Source of the DNA: an uncultured bacterium
Lineage (GTDB): Bacteria > Auribacterota > Erginobacteria > Erginobacterales > Erginobacteraceae
Direction: 5' to 3'
Assembly: GCA_964465735.1 (NCBI GenBank)
Contig: CAYXKT010000010.1
Location: forward strand, 2,925-34,924
Length of the DNA: 32,000 nucleotides
The stretch's first letter is position 1. Every line of letters begins with the position of its first letter. Of the stretch, positions 9,129-17,344 are shown piece by piece. The position numbers and the translations under genes were made by a program. The notes beneath the pieces are model-generated. The model did not search any database, was not told the DNA's origin, and saw nothing but the letters and a program-made list of their open reading frames with translations.

Positions 9129-10363
9129 AACCGAAAGTCGCGATGATCTTCTCCCAGTTCCCCTGTTATGACGAGGTCTTTATCCTCCGGGAAATGGTGG
9201 AACTGGAGAGCTCACTCGATCTCTTTATCTTCTCGATCAAGCGCCCCCGCCGTGACCCGGTCCGGCACACGATCGGTCGGGGACTGGCCGGGAAGACGAT
9301 CTATTCCGGGCTCTTCGGGGACTGCCGGGTTCTTCGGGAGAATCTCCGGTTGCTGTTTTCGCAGACCGGGTTATATCTGAAGCTCATCGGTCTGGTTTTT
9401 CGGCTCAATCGCTCCGATCCGGAATTTCTGATCAAGTCATTGGCCATTCTGCCCCAGGCGGTATATTTTGCCCGGCTCTGCCGGGAAAGAGGGGTTGCCC
9501 GGGTTCACGGCCAGTGGGCCACTTACCCGGCTCTGACCGCCCTGATCATCTCCCGGATCAACCGGATCGCCTTCAGTTTCACCGGACACGCTCACGATAT
9601 TTACCTCAAGACTGTCGGTCTGGTCGGCAAGATCCGGGAAGCGGATTTTATCATTACCTGTACCGGGGATAATCGGCGCTACCTCGCCGCCCTCGATCCG
9701 GAGATCCGGCCGGAGAAGATCCGGGTGATCTACCACGGCGTTGACCTTGCCCATTATCAGCCGAAGAGCGAAATTGGGGGTGAGGTTGCGCCGGAAGGAG
9801 CCGGTCCCTTCCGGATCCTCTCGGTGGGGAGTTTATTTGAGTGCAAGGGGTTTGAGTATCTGATCGAGGCTGGAGAAATCCTTCGGCGGGAAGACTTTGA
9901 TTTTCGCTGCCGGATAGTCGGCGGTGGTTATCTCGAGGATCGTCTGAAGAAGATGGTGGAAGAGAAGGGTCTGAGCGGATATATTGAATTTTCCGGCTAT
10001 CAGGCCCAGGATGAGATGCCCCGGCATTATCGCTGGGCCGATCTTTTTATCCTCCCGGCGGTCTTGAAAATTCACTGGGGGATCCCCAATGTGCTTTTAG
10101 AGTCGTTGGCCGTCGGAGTCCCGGTCGCCTGTACGCCGCTGCCCTCGCTGGGGGAGGTGATCGAAAATCCGCCCTGCGGGTTTGCCATCCCCGAGCGCGA
10201 TCCGGCGGCGATCGCCGATCTGGTCCGGAAAGTCAGCCGGGACCGGGAACTATTAAGGAAGTACGGCCAAGCCGGGCGGGAAAAGATTGTCGAGAAGTGG
10301 GATATCATCAAAACCGCCGCCGCCATCGCCGGCCTCTGCACCGAGCCGTCTGACCGGGAATAA
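9125..10363 (+). CDS. Glycosyltransferase, GT4 (GT-B fold)
   Basis: 412 aa. The C-terminal half has GT4 patterns (SLFECKGF, ADLFILPA...GIPNVLLESLAVGVPVA). The start overlaps the flippase stop (ATGA). Confidence 0.8.
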   Translation: MKPKVAMIFSQFPCYDEVFILREMVELESSLDLFIFSIKRPRRDPVRHTIGRGLAGKTIYSGLFGDCRVLRENLRLLFSQTGLYLKLIGLVFRLNRSDPEFLIKSLAILPQAVYFARLCRERGVARVHGQWATYPALTALIISRINRIAFSFTGHAHDIYLKTVGLVGKIREADFIITCTGDNRRYLAALDPEIRPEKIRVIYHGVDLAHYQPKSEIGGEVAPEGAGPFRILSVGSLFECKGFEYLIEAGEILRREDFDFRCRIVGGGYLEDRLKKMVEEKGLSGYIEFSGYQAQDEMPRHYRWADLFILPAVLKIHWGIPNVLLESLAVGVPVACTPLPSLGEVIENPPCGFAIPERDPAAIADLVRKVSRDRELLRKYGQAGREKIVEKWDIIKTAAAIAGLCTEPSDRE

Positions 10364-10392
10364 AATTCGACAGGATTTAGAAGATAGGGAGA

Positions 10393-10445
10393 ATGGAGTG
10401 ATGGAGTGATGGAGTGATGGCGGCTCAATCCGGTCCCTCACTCCG
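10393..10445 (+). repeat. GGAGTGATGG-type intercistronic repeat, copy 1 (3x tandem octamer plus hairpin)
   Basis: GGAGTGAT occurs three times in tandem from 10395. The last unit (10411-10420) can pair with CCCTCACTCC (10435-10444). The element begins about 30 nt after the glycosyltransferase stop. Confidence 0.7.
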
Positions 10446-10501
10446 ACGCGCCGAACCTCCATCTGTTCCCTGATTTTGGGCAATCAAACAAGGAGAATGT
10501 G

Positions 10502-11506
10502 ATGATCAATCTGGGCATTATCGGGGTTGGTGGCTGGGGGAAGAACCTGTTGCGAAACTTCCAGGAACAGCCGGGGGCGCGGGTATTGATCGCCGCGGAC
10601 AAGGTGGAAGAGCGCAGGAGTGTTGCCGGGGAGAAGTACCCGGAGATGATCTTGACCGATGACTACAACGATATCCTCTCCCATCCGGATATCCGGGCGG
10701 TGGTGGTGGCTACCCCGGGGGCCGGTCATTTTGCCGTCGCTCAAGATTGTCTCCTGGCGGGGAAGGATGTCTTTGTCGAGAAGCCGATGGCCCTGACCGC
10801 CGCCGACTGTCTCGAGCTCTGTCGGTTGGCCGAGGAGCGCGACCTGATCCTGATGGTCGGGCACCTCCTTCTCTACCACCCGGCGGTGCGGAAATTGAAG
10901 GAGGAGATCGAGGCGGGGACGATCGGAGACCTGTATTATCTCTACAGCCAGCGGCTCAACCTGGGGAAGATCCGCCGGAGCGAGAACGCGCTCTGGACTT
11001 TCGCTCCCCACGACATTTCGGTCGCCCTTTATCTGCTCGGCCGGCCACCGGTCGCGGTCTCCGCCCGGGGAGGGGCCTATATCCAGGCCGCGGTCGCCGA
11101 TGTCGCCTTTATCACCGTCAGTTTCGCCGACGGGGTGATGGCCCACCTTCACGTCAGCTGGCTCGACCCCCGCAAGGAGCGGAAGGTGACCATTGTCGGT
11201 TCCCGGAAGATGCTGGTCTTCGACGATATGGACAGTCTGGAGCCGGTCCGGATTTATGACAAGGGGGTGCCGGAGAATTTGGCCTACGACACCTATGGGG
11301 AGTATCTCAACCTCCGCTACGGCGATGTCCATATCCCCTGGGTCAGAGCCGGAGAACCGTTGCGGGCGGAGACCGGCCATTTCCTCGACTGTGTCCGCGA
11401 GCGGAAACAGCCGCTGACTGACGGCCGCAACGGGCTGGCAGTGGTCTCGGTTCTGGAAGCCGCCCAGCGTTCGCTGGAAAACGGGGGGCGGTTAATCGAA
11501 CTGTGA
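10502..11506 (+). CDS. Gfo/Idh/MocA-family NAD-dependent sugar-nucleotide dehydrogenase (WbpB-like)
   Basis: It has a Rossmann N-terminus (GIIGVGGWGKN) and a VEKPMA motif. Length and layout fit the Gfo/Idh/MocA family. The ATG at 10502 lies 6 nt after AGGAG; the GTG at 10499 used by the ORF track is also possible. Confidence 0.85.
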   Translation: MINLGIIGVGGWGKNLLRNFQEQPGARVLIAADKVEERRSVAGEKYPEMILTDDYNDILSHPDIRAVVVATPGAGHFAVAQDCLLAGKDVFVEKPMALTAADCLELCRLAEERDLILMVGHLLLYHPAVRKLKEEIEAGTIGDLYYLYSQRLNLGKIRRSENALWTFAPHDISVALYLLGRPPVAVSARGGAYIQAAVADVAFITVSFADGVMAHLHVSWLDPRKERKVTIVGSRKMLVFDDMDSLEPVRIYDKGVPENLAYDTYGEYLNLRYGDVHIPWVRAGEPLRAETGHFLDCVRERKQPLTDGRNGLAVVSVLEAAQRSLENGGRLIEL

Positions 11507-11531
11507 ACCATAGCGAGCGGGGATTTAAAAA

Positions 11532-11590
11532 GGAGTGAGGGATCGGCTGTGGCTGCCGGTATTCCAGTACCCCAGCACCCCAGTCACCGT
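11532..11590 (+). repeat. GGAGTGAKGG-type intercistronic repeat, copy 2
   Basis: GGAGTGAGGGATCGGCTGTGGCTGCCGGTATTCCAGTACCCCAGCAC aligns with copy 3. It starts 26 nt after the dehydrogenase stop. Confidence 0.7.
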
Positions 11591-11631
11591 AATCCTATTA
11601 ATTTCTAAATAGTCAACCGGCAAGGGAGAAA

Positions 11632-12240
11632 ATGAAAAAAACCAAGACTGAGAGCGGTTACTTTGTCCACCGATCAAGCTATGTTGACTCGGGGGCCGAG
11701 ATCGGGGAGGGGACTAAAATCTGGCACTTCAGCCATATCCAGTCCGGGGCCCGGATCGGCCGCGGCTGCTCGATCGGCCAGAACGTCAACATCGCCTCTA
11801 ACGTGAAGATTGGCGATTATGTCAAGATCCAGAACAATGTCTCGGTATATGAGGGGGTGGAGCTGGAGGATTATGTCTTCTGCGGACCCTCGATGGTCTT
11901 TACCAATATCCTCGACCCCCGGAGCGAATTTCCCCAGCGGGGAAGCGGATTTTACTTAAAGACCCTGGTCAAGCGTTCGGCCAGTATCGGGGCCAACGCC
12001 ACTGTCGTCTGCGGCCGGTCTATTGGGCGCTCGGCTTTTATCGGCGCCGGAGCCGTGGTAACCCGGGATGTCCCTGATTTCGCCCTGGTTTACGGCAACC
12101 CGGCTACGCTGAAAGGCTGGATCTGCGCCTGCGGCGAGCAGTTGAATTTTTCGGAAGCATCGGCGCTCTGCCGGCGGTGTGGTCGGAGATATCTTCGGAG
12201 GGGCGGAGTGGTGAGCCTCTTACCGGAAATCCAGGAATGA
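11632..12240 (+). CDS. Hexapeptide-repeat sugar N-acetyltransferase (WbpD/WlbB-like)
   Basis: 202 aa. It has left-handed beta-helix repeats (IGEGTKIWHFSHIQSGARIGRGCSIGQNVNIASNVKIGDYVKIQNNVSVY) and a GNPA..GW.C.CG tail. GGGAGAA lies upstream of the ATG. Confidence 0.85.
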   Translation: MKKTKTESGYFVHRSSYVDSGAEIGEGTKIWHFSHIQSGARIGRGCSIGQNVNIASNVKIGDYVKIQNNVSVYEGVELEDYVFCGPSMVFTNILDPRSEFPQRGSGFYLKTLVKRSASIGANATVVCGRSIGRSAFIGAGAVVTRDVPDFALVYGNPATLKGWICACGEQLNFSEASALCRRCGRRYLRRGGVVSLLPEIQE

Positions 12241-13343
12241 TCCCCCGGCCCCGGAGAGTCCTTTATGTGATCGACAAGATGGTCCGGGCGGGGGCTCAGC
12301 GCCATCTGCGGCAGCTGCTCGCCGGTTTTGACCGCCGGGAGGTCGAACCGATGCTTTGCTGTCTGCTCAGTTCCGGGCCCCTGGCGGAGGAACTGGCGGG
12401 GGAGGGGATCGTGGTCGAGACTCTGGGGCTGGAAAATATTATGGGTTTCCGGTTCTTTCGGGCCATTGCCGGCTTGCGGCAGATCATCCGCCGGCACCGG
12501 ATCGACCTGGTCCATTCCTATCTCTTTGCCGCCAACCTGGTCTCCCCTCCAGCCGGCTTGCTTACCAATACGACGGTAATTACCAGCCGACGGGATACCG
12601 GGTTCTGGAAGACCCGCCGCCATATTCTGGCCCTTCGGGCGGTCAACCCCCTGACCGGGAAGATCACCGCCAACTCCCGGGCGGTGGTCGAATACCTTCA
12701 CCGGCGAGAAAGGGCAAAAGCGGAAAAAATTGTTTTGATCTATAATGGGGTCGAGCTCCCGGCCGGGGCAGAGATGCCTGCTCGTCCGACCGGAGCGGGC
12801 AGTAAGATTGTGATTGGCGCGCTGGGGAATATCCGTCCGGTCAAGGGCTACCGGGAACTGCTCAAGGCGGTAGGGATGCTGGCACCGGATATTGATTGGG
12901 AACTCCGGGTGGCCGGGCGGACACTGGATTACGGCTACCGGGAAGAGCTGCGGGATCTGGCCGGTGAAGAAGGACTGGGCGGTCGGATAAGTTTTATCGG
13001 AGAGGCGGCCCAACCGGAAGAATTTCTCCAGGGTCTGGACATCTTTGTCCTGCCCTCCCGGACAGAAGGATTCTCCAACGCCCTGATTGAGGCGATGGCC
13101 TGTGGTCTGCCGGTTATTGCTACCACGGTCGGCGCTAACCCGGAGGTGATCGTCGAGGGGGAGAGCGGCTTGCTGGTCAAGCCCGGGGTCCCCCAACTTT
13201 TGGCGGAGAGGCTGGAAGAACTGGCCCGGGATCCCGGGCTCCGTTTCCGTCTGGGCCGCGCGGGCCGCCGGAGGGTCGGGGAAGTTTTCAGCCGGGAGGC
13301 GATGTGTCGGAATTATCGGGATTTATATTATGAGTGGGCTTGA
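12237..13343 (+). CDS. Glycosyltransferase, GT4
   Basis: The ORF-track start at 12177 would overlap the upstream gene by 64 nt. The ATG at 12237 gives an ATGA overlap and the N-terminus RVLYVIDKM. The C-terminal motif is LPSRTEGFSNALIEAMACGLPVIAT. Confidence 0.85.
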   Translation: MIPRPRRVLYVIDKMVRAGAQRHLRQLLAGFDRREVEPMLCCLLSSGPLAEELAGEGIVVETLGLENIMGFRFFRAIAGLRQIIRRHRIDLVHSYLFAANLVSPPAGLLTNTTVITSRRDTGFWKTRRHILALRAVNPLTGKITANSRAVVEYLHRRERAKAEKIVLIYNGVELPAGAEMPARPTGAGSKIVIGALGNIRPVKGYRELLKAVGMLAPDIDWELRVAGRTLDYGYREELRDLAGEEGLGGRISFIGEAAQPEEFLQGLDIFVLPSRTEGFSNALIEAMACGLPVIATTVGANPEVIVEGESGLLVKPGVPQLLAERLEELARDPGLRFRLGRAGRRRVGEVFSREAMCRNYRDLYYEWA

Positions 13344-14160
13344 ATTCTTCTCCCGGCAGAGGCTCCGGAAGGTTCTTCCTCGCCTGGCGGCAACCTGTGC
13401 GCCTAAAGTCGGTGGGTTCAGGGTCCGGATCCTGATGTATCATCGGGTTACCGATATCCCCGGTGATCGGCTGTCGGTATCTCCGGACGAGTTTAGCCGA
13501 CAGATGGATCTCCTCCGGGCCGGAGGCCGGACGGTGGCGGATCTCTCCGCCGCCTTCTTTCGGGATGGGGCAGATCGCGAACGGAGCCGGGAGGTCCTGG
13601 TCCTGACTTTTGATGACGGTTACCGGGACTTTTATGATAATGTCTTCCCAATTCTCCGGGCCCGGCGGCTGCCGGCCGTGGTTTTTGTCGTCCCGAAATT
13701 CATTGAGGGCGCGATCGAGCTGGACCGCTACCGGGGGAGGGGAGAGGACTCTCGCCCGCTCTCCTGGGAGATGTTGGCGGAGATGAGCAAGGAGGGAATA
13801 GAGATCGGTTCCCATTCCCTGACCCATCGGGAATTGACCGGGCTGAGTCGGCCGGAAGCCGAGACCGAGATCTTGAGGTCAGCGGCGGTGATCGCCGAGC
13901 AACTGGGCCGGCGGCCGCAATGGTTCGCCTACCCCCGGGGGAAGGCCGATCCTGGGCTGGCCGAGTTGGTCCGGGCGGCCGGCTATCGGGGGGCCGTTAC
14001 CGTCCGGCCCGGGATCAATCGGTCGGGCCAGGACCGCTACCTGCTGCGCCGGACTGAGATCTCGGGAGATGACGACCGGGAAGATTTTTTGTTGAAGATT
14101 GCCGGAGGTTTTGATCTTCCTCACCGGGTCTGGCAGATAATGGCGGGGAGGAGATTATGA
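13330..14160 (+). CDS. Polysaccharide deacetylase (CE4 / NodB-homology)
   Basis: 276 aa with ILMYHRV, LTFDDGYRDFYDNVFPIL and IGSHSLTH. It overlaps the upstream glycosyltransferase by 14 nt. Confidence 0.8.
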   Translation: MSGLEFFSRQRLRKVLPRLAATCAPKVGGFRVRILMYHRVTDIPGDRLSVSPDEFSRQMDLLRAGGRTVADLSAAFFRDGADRERSREVLVLTFDDGYRDFYDNVFPILRARRLPAVVFVVPKFIEGAIELDRYRGRGEDSRPLSWEMLAEMSKEGIEIGSHSLTHRELTGLSRPEAETEILRSAAVIAEQLGRRPQWFAYPRGKADPGLAELVRAAGYRGAVTVRPGINRSGQDRYLLRRTEISGDDDREDFLLKIAGGFDLPHRVWQIMAGRRL

Positions 14161-14163
14161 AGG

Positions 14164-14225
14164 ATGGAGTGATGGACCGGATGGGGCTGCCGGTACTCCA
14201 GTACTTCAGCACAGCAATACTGCGT
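14164..14225 (+). repeat. GGAGTGAKGG-type intercistronic repeat, copy 3
   Basis: GGAGTGATGGACCGGATGGGGCTGCCGGTACTCCAGTACTTCAGCAC begins a few nt after the deacetylase stop. Confidence 0.7.
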
Positions 14226-14281
14226 CGCTCCAATTGCCAGGTGAATCCGGATATTTCCCTGCTTGCCTCTTATCGATACCA

Positions 14282-15427
14282 ATGAACGGCAGACGAAAAA
14301 TTACGATCCTCCACCTGATTGACAGCCTTCCCCGGGAGGGGGCGGAGATGGTGGTCTATGACCTGATCCAGCAGGGAAACCGGGAGGAGTTTAATTTCCT
14401 GGTCGTTGCCCTGACTCGGGGCGGCGGGGTGGCGGAGATGCTAAAAGCGATCGATATCCCGGTCGATATCCTGAAGAGAAGATCGTTTCTTGACCTCCGG
14501 GCTTTTCGCCGGTTGCTGCGCTTGATCAGAAATCGGAGGGTGGACGTGATCCAGACTCATCTCTTTTCCAGTCATCTCTGGGGGTGGGCGGCGGCGCTTT
14601 TCTTCCCCCGGGTCCGGCTGCTGCGGGTCGAGCACAATATGTCGGAATGGAAGAATTATCTCCGCCGGGGTCTGGATTATCTGCTTTCTTTTCGGACCGA
14701 CCGGTTTGTCGCGGTCTCCAAACCGGTCCGCGGATCCCTGGTCTCGCGCTGCCGTATCGACCCGGTTAGGGTTGAGGTGATTGTGAACGGATTGAATACC
14801 GACCGACTCCGGCCAGGTTCTGACCCGGCCGCCTGGCGGCGGAAACTGGAGATTCCGGCGGAGTCAAAGATTGTGGTCACCGCCGCCGCGCTTACTTCGA
14901 AGAAAGGTCACCGGTATCTTCTGTCGGCATCCGAACTGGTCTCTGCCCATCGGGATGATGTCTATTTTCTCTTACTTGGGGAGGGGGAACTGCGGGGCGA
15001 ACTGGAAAGTTCAATCCGGGAGCGGGGGCTAACCGATCGGGTATTTCTCCTCGGCTCCCGTTCGGACGCGGTGGAGATTATCTCCCAATCCGATCTCTTT
15101 GTTCTCAGCTCGATCCGGGAGGGTCTGCCGATTTCCCTGCTGGAGGCGATGGCTCTGAACCGACCGGTGGTGGTAACCGCGGTGGGAGGATGTCCGGATC
15201 TGATTGTGGAAGGTGAAAACGGCCTCCTGGTTCAGCCCCGGGACGGGGCAGGTCTGGCGGCGGCGATCGTAAAGGTTCTCGACTCTCCGGGGCTGGGAGA
15301 ACGGCTGGGAAAAGCGGCCGCCCAAACCGTGGTTACAGGATACGGGATGCGGGGAATGATCGAAGCTTACGAACAACTCTACCGGTTGAACCGGGAGCAG
15401 CTGAGAAGACGAGTGGGGAACCAATGA
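14282..15427 (+). CDS. Glycosyltransferase, GT4
   Basis: The ATG at 14282 gives the N-terminus MNGRRKITILHLIDSL. The ORF-track start at 14234 lies inside an intergenic repeat. The C-terminal motif is LSSIREGLPISLLEAMALNRPVVVTAVGG. Confidence 0.85.
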   Translation: MNGRRKITILHLIDSLPREGAEMVVYDLIQQGNREEFNFLVVALTRGGGVAEMLKAIDIPVDILKRRSFLDLRAFRRLLRLIRNRRVDVIQTHLFSSHLWGWAAALFFPRVRLLRVEHNMSEWKNYLRRGLDYLLSFRTDRFVAVSKPVRGSLVSRCRIDPVRVEVIVNGLNTDRLRPGSDPAAWRRKLEIPAESKIVVTAAALTSKKGHRYLLSASELVSAHRDDVYFLLLGEGELRGELESSIRERGLTDRVFLLGSRSDAVEIISQSDLFVLSSIREGLPISLLEAMALNRPVVVTAVGGCPDLIVEGENGLLVQPRDGAGLAAAIVKVLDSPGLGERLGKAAAQTVVTGYGMRGMIEAYEQLYRLNREQLRRRVGNQ

Positions 15428-15726
15428 GCGATCTCAAGCCGATCCCGGAAAAACGGAAGATCCGGGTCAGAACCCGGGTGGACGAGAGACGGACCGAGAA
15501 GATTAGCGGTCGGCTGTCCCGGGTAAAGGTCGTGGCCGTATTATTTGCGGCGGCGGTCGTGGGGATTGCCCTGGGAATTGTCCTGGGCCGGGGGGCTAAC
15601 CGGATGGTCAGTGTTCATCGCCAGCAGAAGCGGATTGCTCAGTCCCTGCCGAAGTTCAACCCCGATTCTTCGGACCTGGCGGAACTGGCTCCGGTGGCGG
15701 AACCCGGCAAGTCGCCCGCGCGTTGA
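15424..15726 (+). CDS. Small hypothetical single-pass membrane protein
   Basis: 100 aa. The start overlaps the upstream glycosyltransferase stop (ATGA). A basic N-terminus is followed by one hydrophobic helix (VKVVAVLFAAAVVGIALGIVLG). I recognise no family. Its last 88 nt overlap the convergent motB-like gene. Confidence 0.4.
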   Translation: MSDLKPIPEKRKIRVRTRVDERRTEKISGRLSRVKVVAVLFAAAVVGIALGIVLGRGANRMVSVHRQQKRIAQSLPKFNPDSSDLAELAPVAEPGKSPAR

Positions 15727-16463
15727 ATGATCTCAATCTCCACCCGGCGGTTCATCGCTCTCCCCTCGGGCGTGGCGTTGCTTGCTGCCGGCTGGTAGGG
15801 GCCATAACCGATCGCGCTGAGAATCCCCGGCCCGATCCCCTGTTCGTCGATCAGATACCGCATTACTGAACTTGCCCGGGCGCAGCTCAACTCCCAGTTG
15901 GAAGGATAACGGAGGGTATTGATCGGAAGGTTGTCGGTATGCCCACTGATCCGGACTTCAACGGTCGGGTTGTGGAGAAAGACCCGGGCCAGAAGGTTGA
16001 GAAACTCTTTCCCTTCCGGTCTCAGATCGGCCGAGGCGGGGCGGAAGAGAAAAGGGGCGAGGGGGACGATCTTCAGCTTCCACTTGCTGACGTCAACCCG
16101 GACGAAGCGGCTTAAATTGGCGTCGATGATATACTGCTGGATCTCCCGGGCCATCTGCCGCATCTCGTCAATCCGGGCCAGCTCCCGCATCTGCTGCTCT
16201 TTTAATTCCCGGATTTTATCCAGCAGTTCCTGCTCCTCCTGGGTCAGCTCAACATCGATCGCGTCTTCTATTCTTCGGTCGGAGAGCTGGATCAAACGTT
16301 CCCCGGCGATCCAGACCACCGGGATGTTCAGGGCCAGCATCGTGGAGAGGATGATGAAGAAAGTCATCATCAAGGTGGCCAGATCGGAGTAGGTGGTCAT
16401 CCACTCCGGCGGCCAGCCGGCGCCCCCCTCGTCCGGATTGAAATTTTGCCTTCTTCGGGCCAT
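15639..16463 (-). CDS. motB: MotB-like stator subunit, paralog 2 (OmpA-like peptidoglycan-binding C-terminus)
   Basis: 274 aa. The N-terminal TM segment carries the conserved Asp (WMTTYSDLATLMMTFFIIL). A periplasmic coiled coil follows. The OmpA-like domain reads RISGHTDN...PSNWELSCARA...GYGPYQP...NRRVEIEI. Confidence 0.85.
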   Translation of the reverse strand: MARRRQNFNPDEGGAGWPPEWMTTYSDLATLMMTFFIILSTMLALNIPVVWIAGERLIQLSDRRIEDAIDVELTQEEQELLDKIRELKEQQMRELARIDEMRQMAREIQQYIIDANLSRFVRVDVSKWKLKIVPLAPFLFRPASADLRPEGKEFLNLLARVFLHNPTVEVRISGHTDNLPINTLRYPSNWELSCARASSVMRYLIDEQGIGPGILSAIGYGPYQPAASNATPEGRAMNRRVEIEIIQRAGDLPGSATGASSARSEESGLNFGRD

Positions 16464-16482
16464 TATCAGGGTTCGGTCGGAT

Positions 16483-17298
16483 TTATCTCTCGGCCATCTC
16501 GGAGCCGAGATAGATATGGAACTCGACCCGGCGGTTGCGCCCCGTCAGTTCGGGGTCGTCTTCTTCATACTTGGGTCGGGAAGGGCCGTAAGCCGCGGCG
16601 GAGATCCTTTCCGGGGGGATCTCCCCCCGGTCAATGAGGTAATTGGCCGCGGCAATCGCTCGGGCGGCGGAGAGTTCCCAGTTGCTGGGGAACTGTTGCT
16701 GATGTCGGGGGTGGATCGGGGTGGAGTCGGTATGCCCCTCGATCCGGACCGAGGCTCCGGTCTCTTCAATCAGCCAGGCGATCTTGTCCAGAACCGGATA
16801 GAAAGACTGGAGAATTTCTGCCTTACCCTCCCGGAAAACCAGAGGCGCGGTAGGGATGATCACGATATCCTCCGCCGTTACCAAGAGCTCGACGTCGCCC
16901 TCCATCCTTCCCATCCGAACAAACTCCATCACCTCTTCCGCTTTCATCCGCAGGGTCCCCAGTTCGCTGAGGACGGTCTGCTGCTGTTTGCGGGGGAGCA
17001 GCTGGAATTGGGTCAGGATCCGGTACTCATCCTCGGTGACAAAATCCATCTGGCTGGTCTCGGCGGTTCCCCGGATGATATCGGCATCGTCCTCCTCCCG
17101 CATTTTGATGTATTTCTCGTCAATCCCGGCTACGGTCAGCGAATACCAGAGGACAAAGAAGGTCATCAGGATGGTTGTCATATCGGAGTAGGTGACCATC
17201 CAGTCCGGTGGCCAGTCCCCTTCGATCCCGCCGGCCCCGGACTCGGGGGCGATCCGTTCGTGCTCAATCTGGGGGGTGAGTTCAGTCTCGTCGGGCAT
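16483..17298 (-). CDS. motB: MotB-like stator subunit, paralog 1 (OmpA-like C-terminus)
   Basis: I chose the ATG at 17298, which follows GGGAGGAG and avoids overlap with motA; the ORF-track start is 17388. The TM segment with Asp is WMVTYSDMTTILMTFFVLW. The OmpA-like domain reads RIEGHTDS...PSNWELSAARA...AYGPSRP...NRRVEFHI. Confidence 0.85.
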   Translation of the reverse strand: MPDETELTPQIEHERIAPESGAGGIEGDWPPDWMVTYSDMTTILMTFFVLWYSLTVAGIDEKYIKMREEDDADIIRGTAETSQMDFVTEDEYRILTQFQLLPRKQQQTVLSELGTLRMKAEEVMEFVRMGRMEGDVELLVTAEDIVIIPTAPLVFREGKAEILQSFYPVLDKIAWLIEETGASVRIEGHTDSTPIHPRHQQQFPSNWELSAARAIAAANYLIDRGEIPPERISAAAYGPSRPKYEEDDPELTGRNRRVEFHIYLGSEMAER

Positions 17299-17344
17299 AG
17301 TATGTCTCCTCCCGGGAAGAGCTTCCCGGGCCCGTCCATCGGTC

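Noticed and set aside
10393-10420. Tandem GGAGTGAT repeats as a possible CRISPR array or minisatellite
   Set aside because: There are only three contiguous 8-nt units with no spacers, which is far too short for CRISPR. It fits better as part of the REP-like hairpin family.
12090-13196. 368-aa minus-strand ORF, plus similar long antisense ORFs at 10484-11380, 3393-4187, 6373-7107, 24235-25179, 25449-26186, 28155-29048 and 31413-31952
   Set aside because: Each lies antisense to a gene with strong family motifs. All have a Pro/Arg/Gly-rich composition and no recognisable domains. They are the expected artefact of low stop-codon density in GC-rich sequence.
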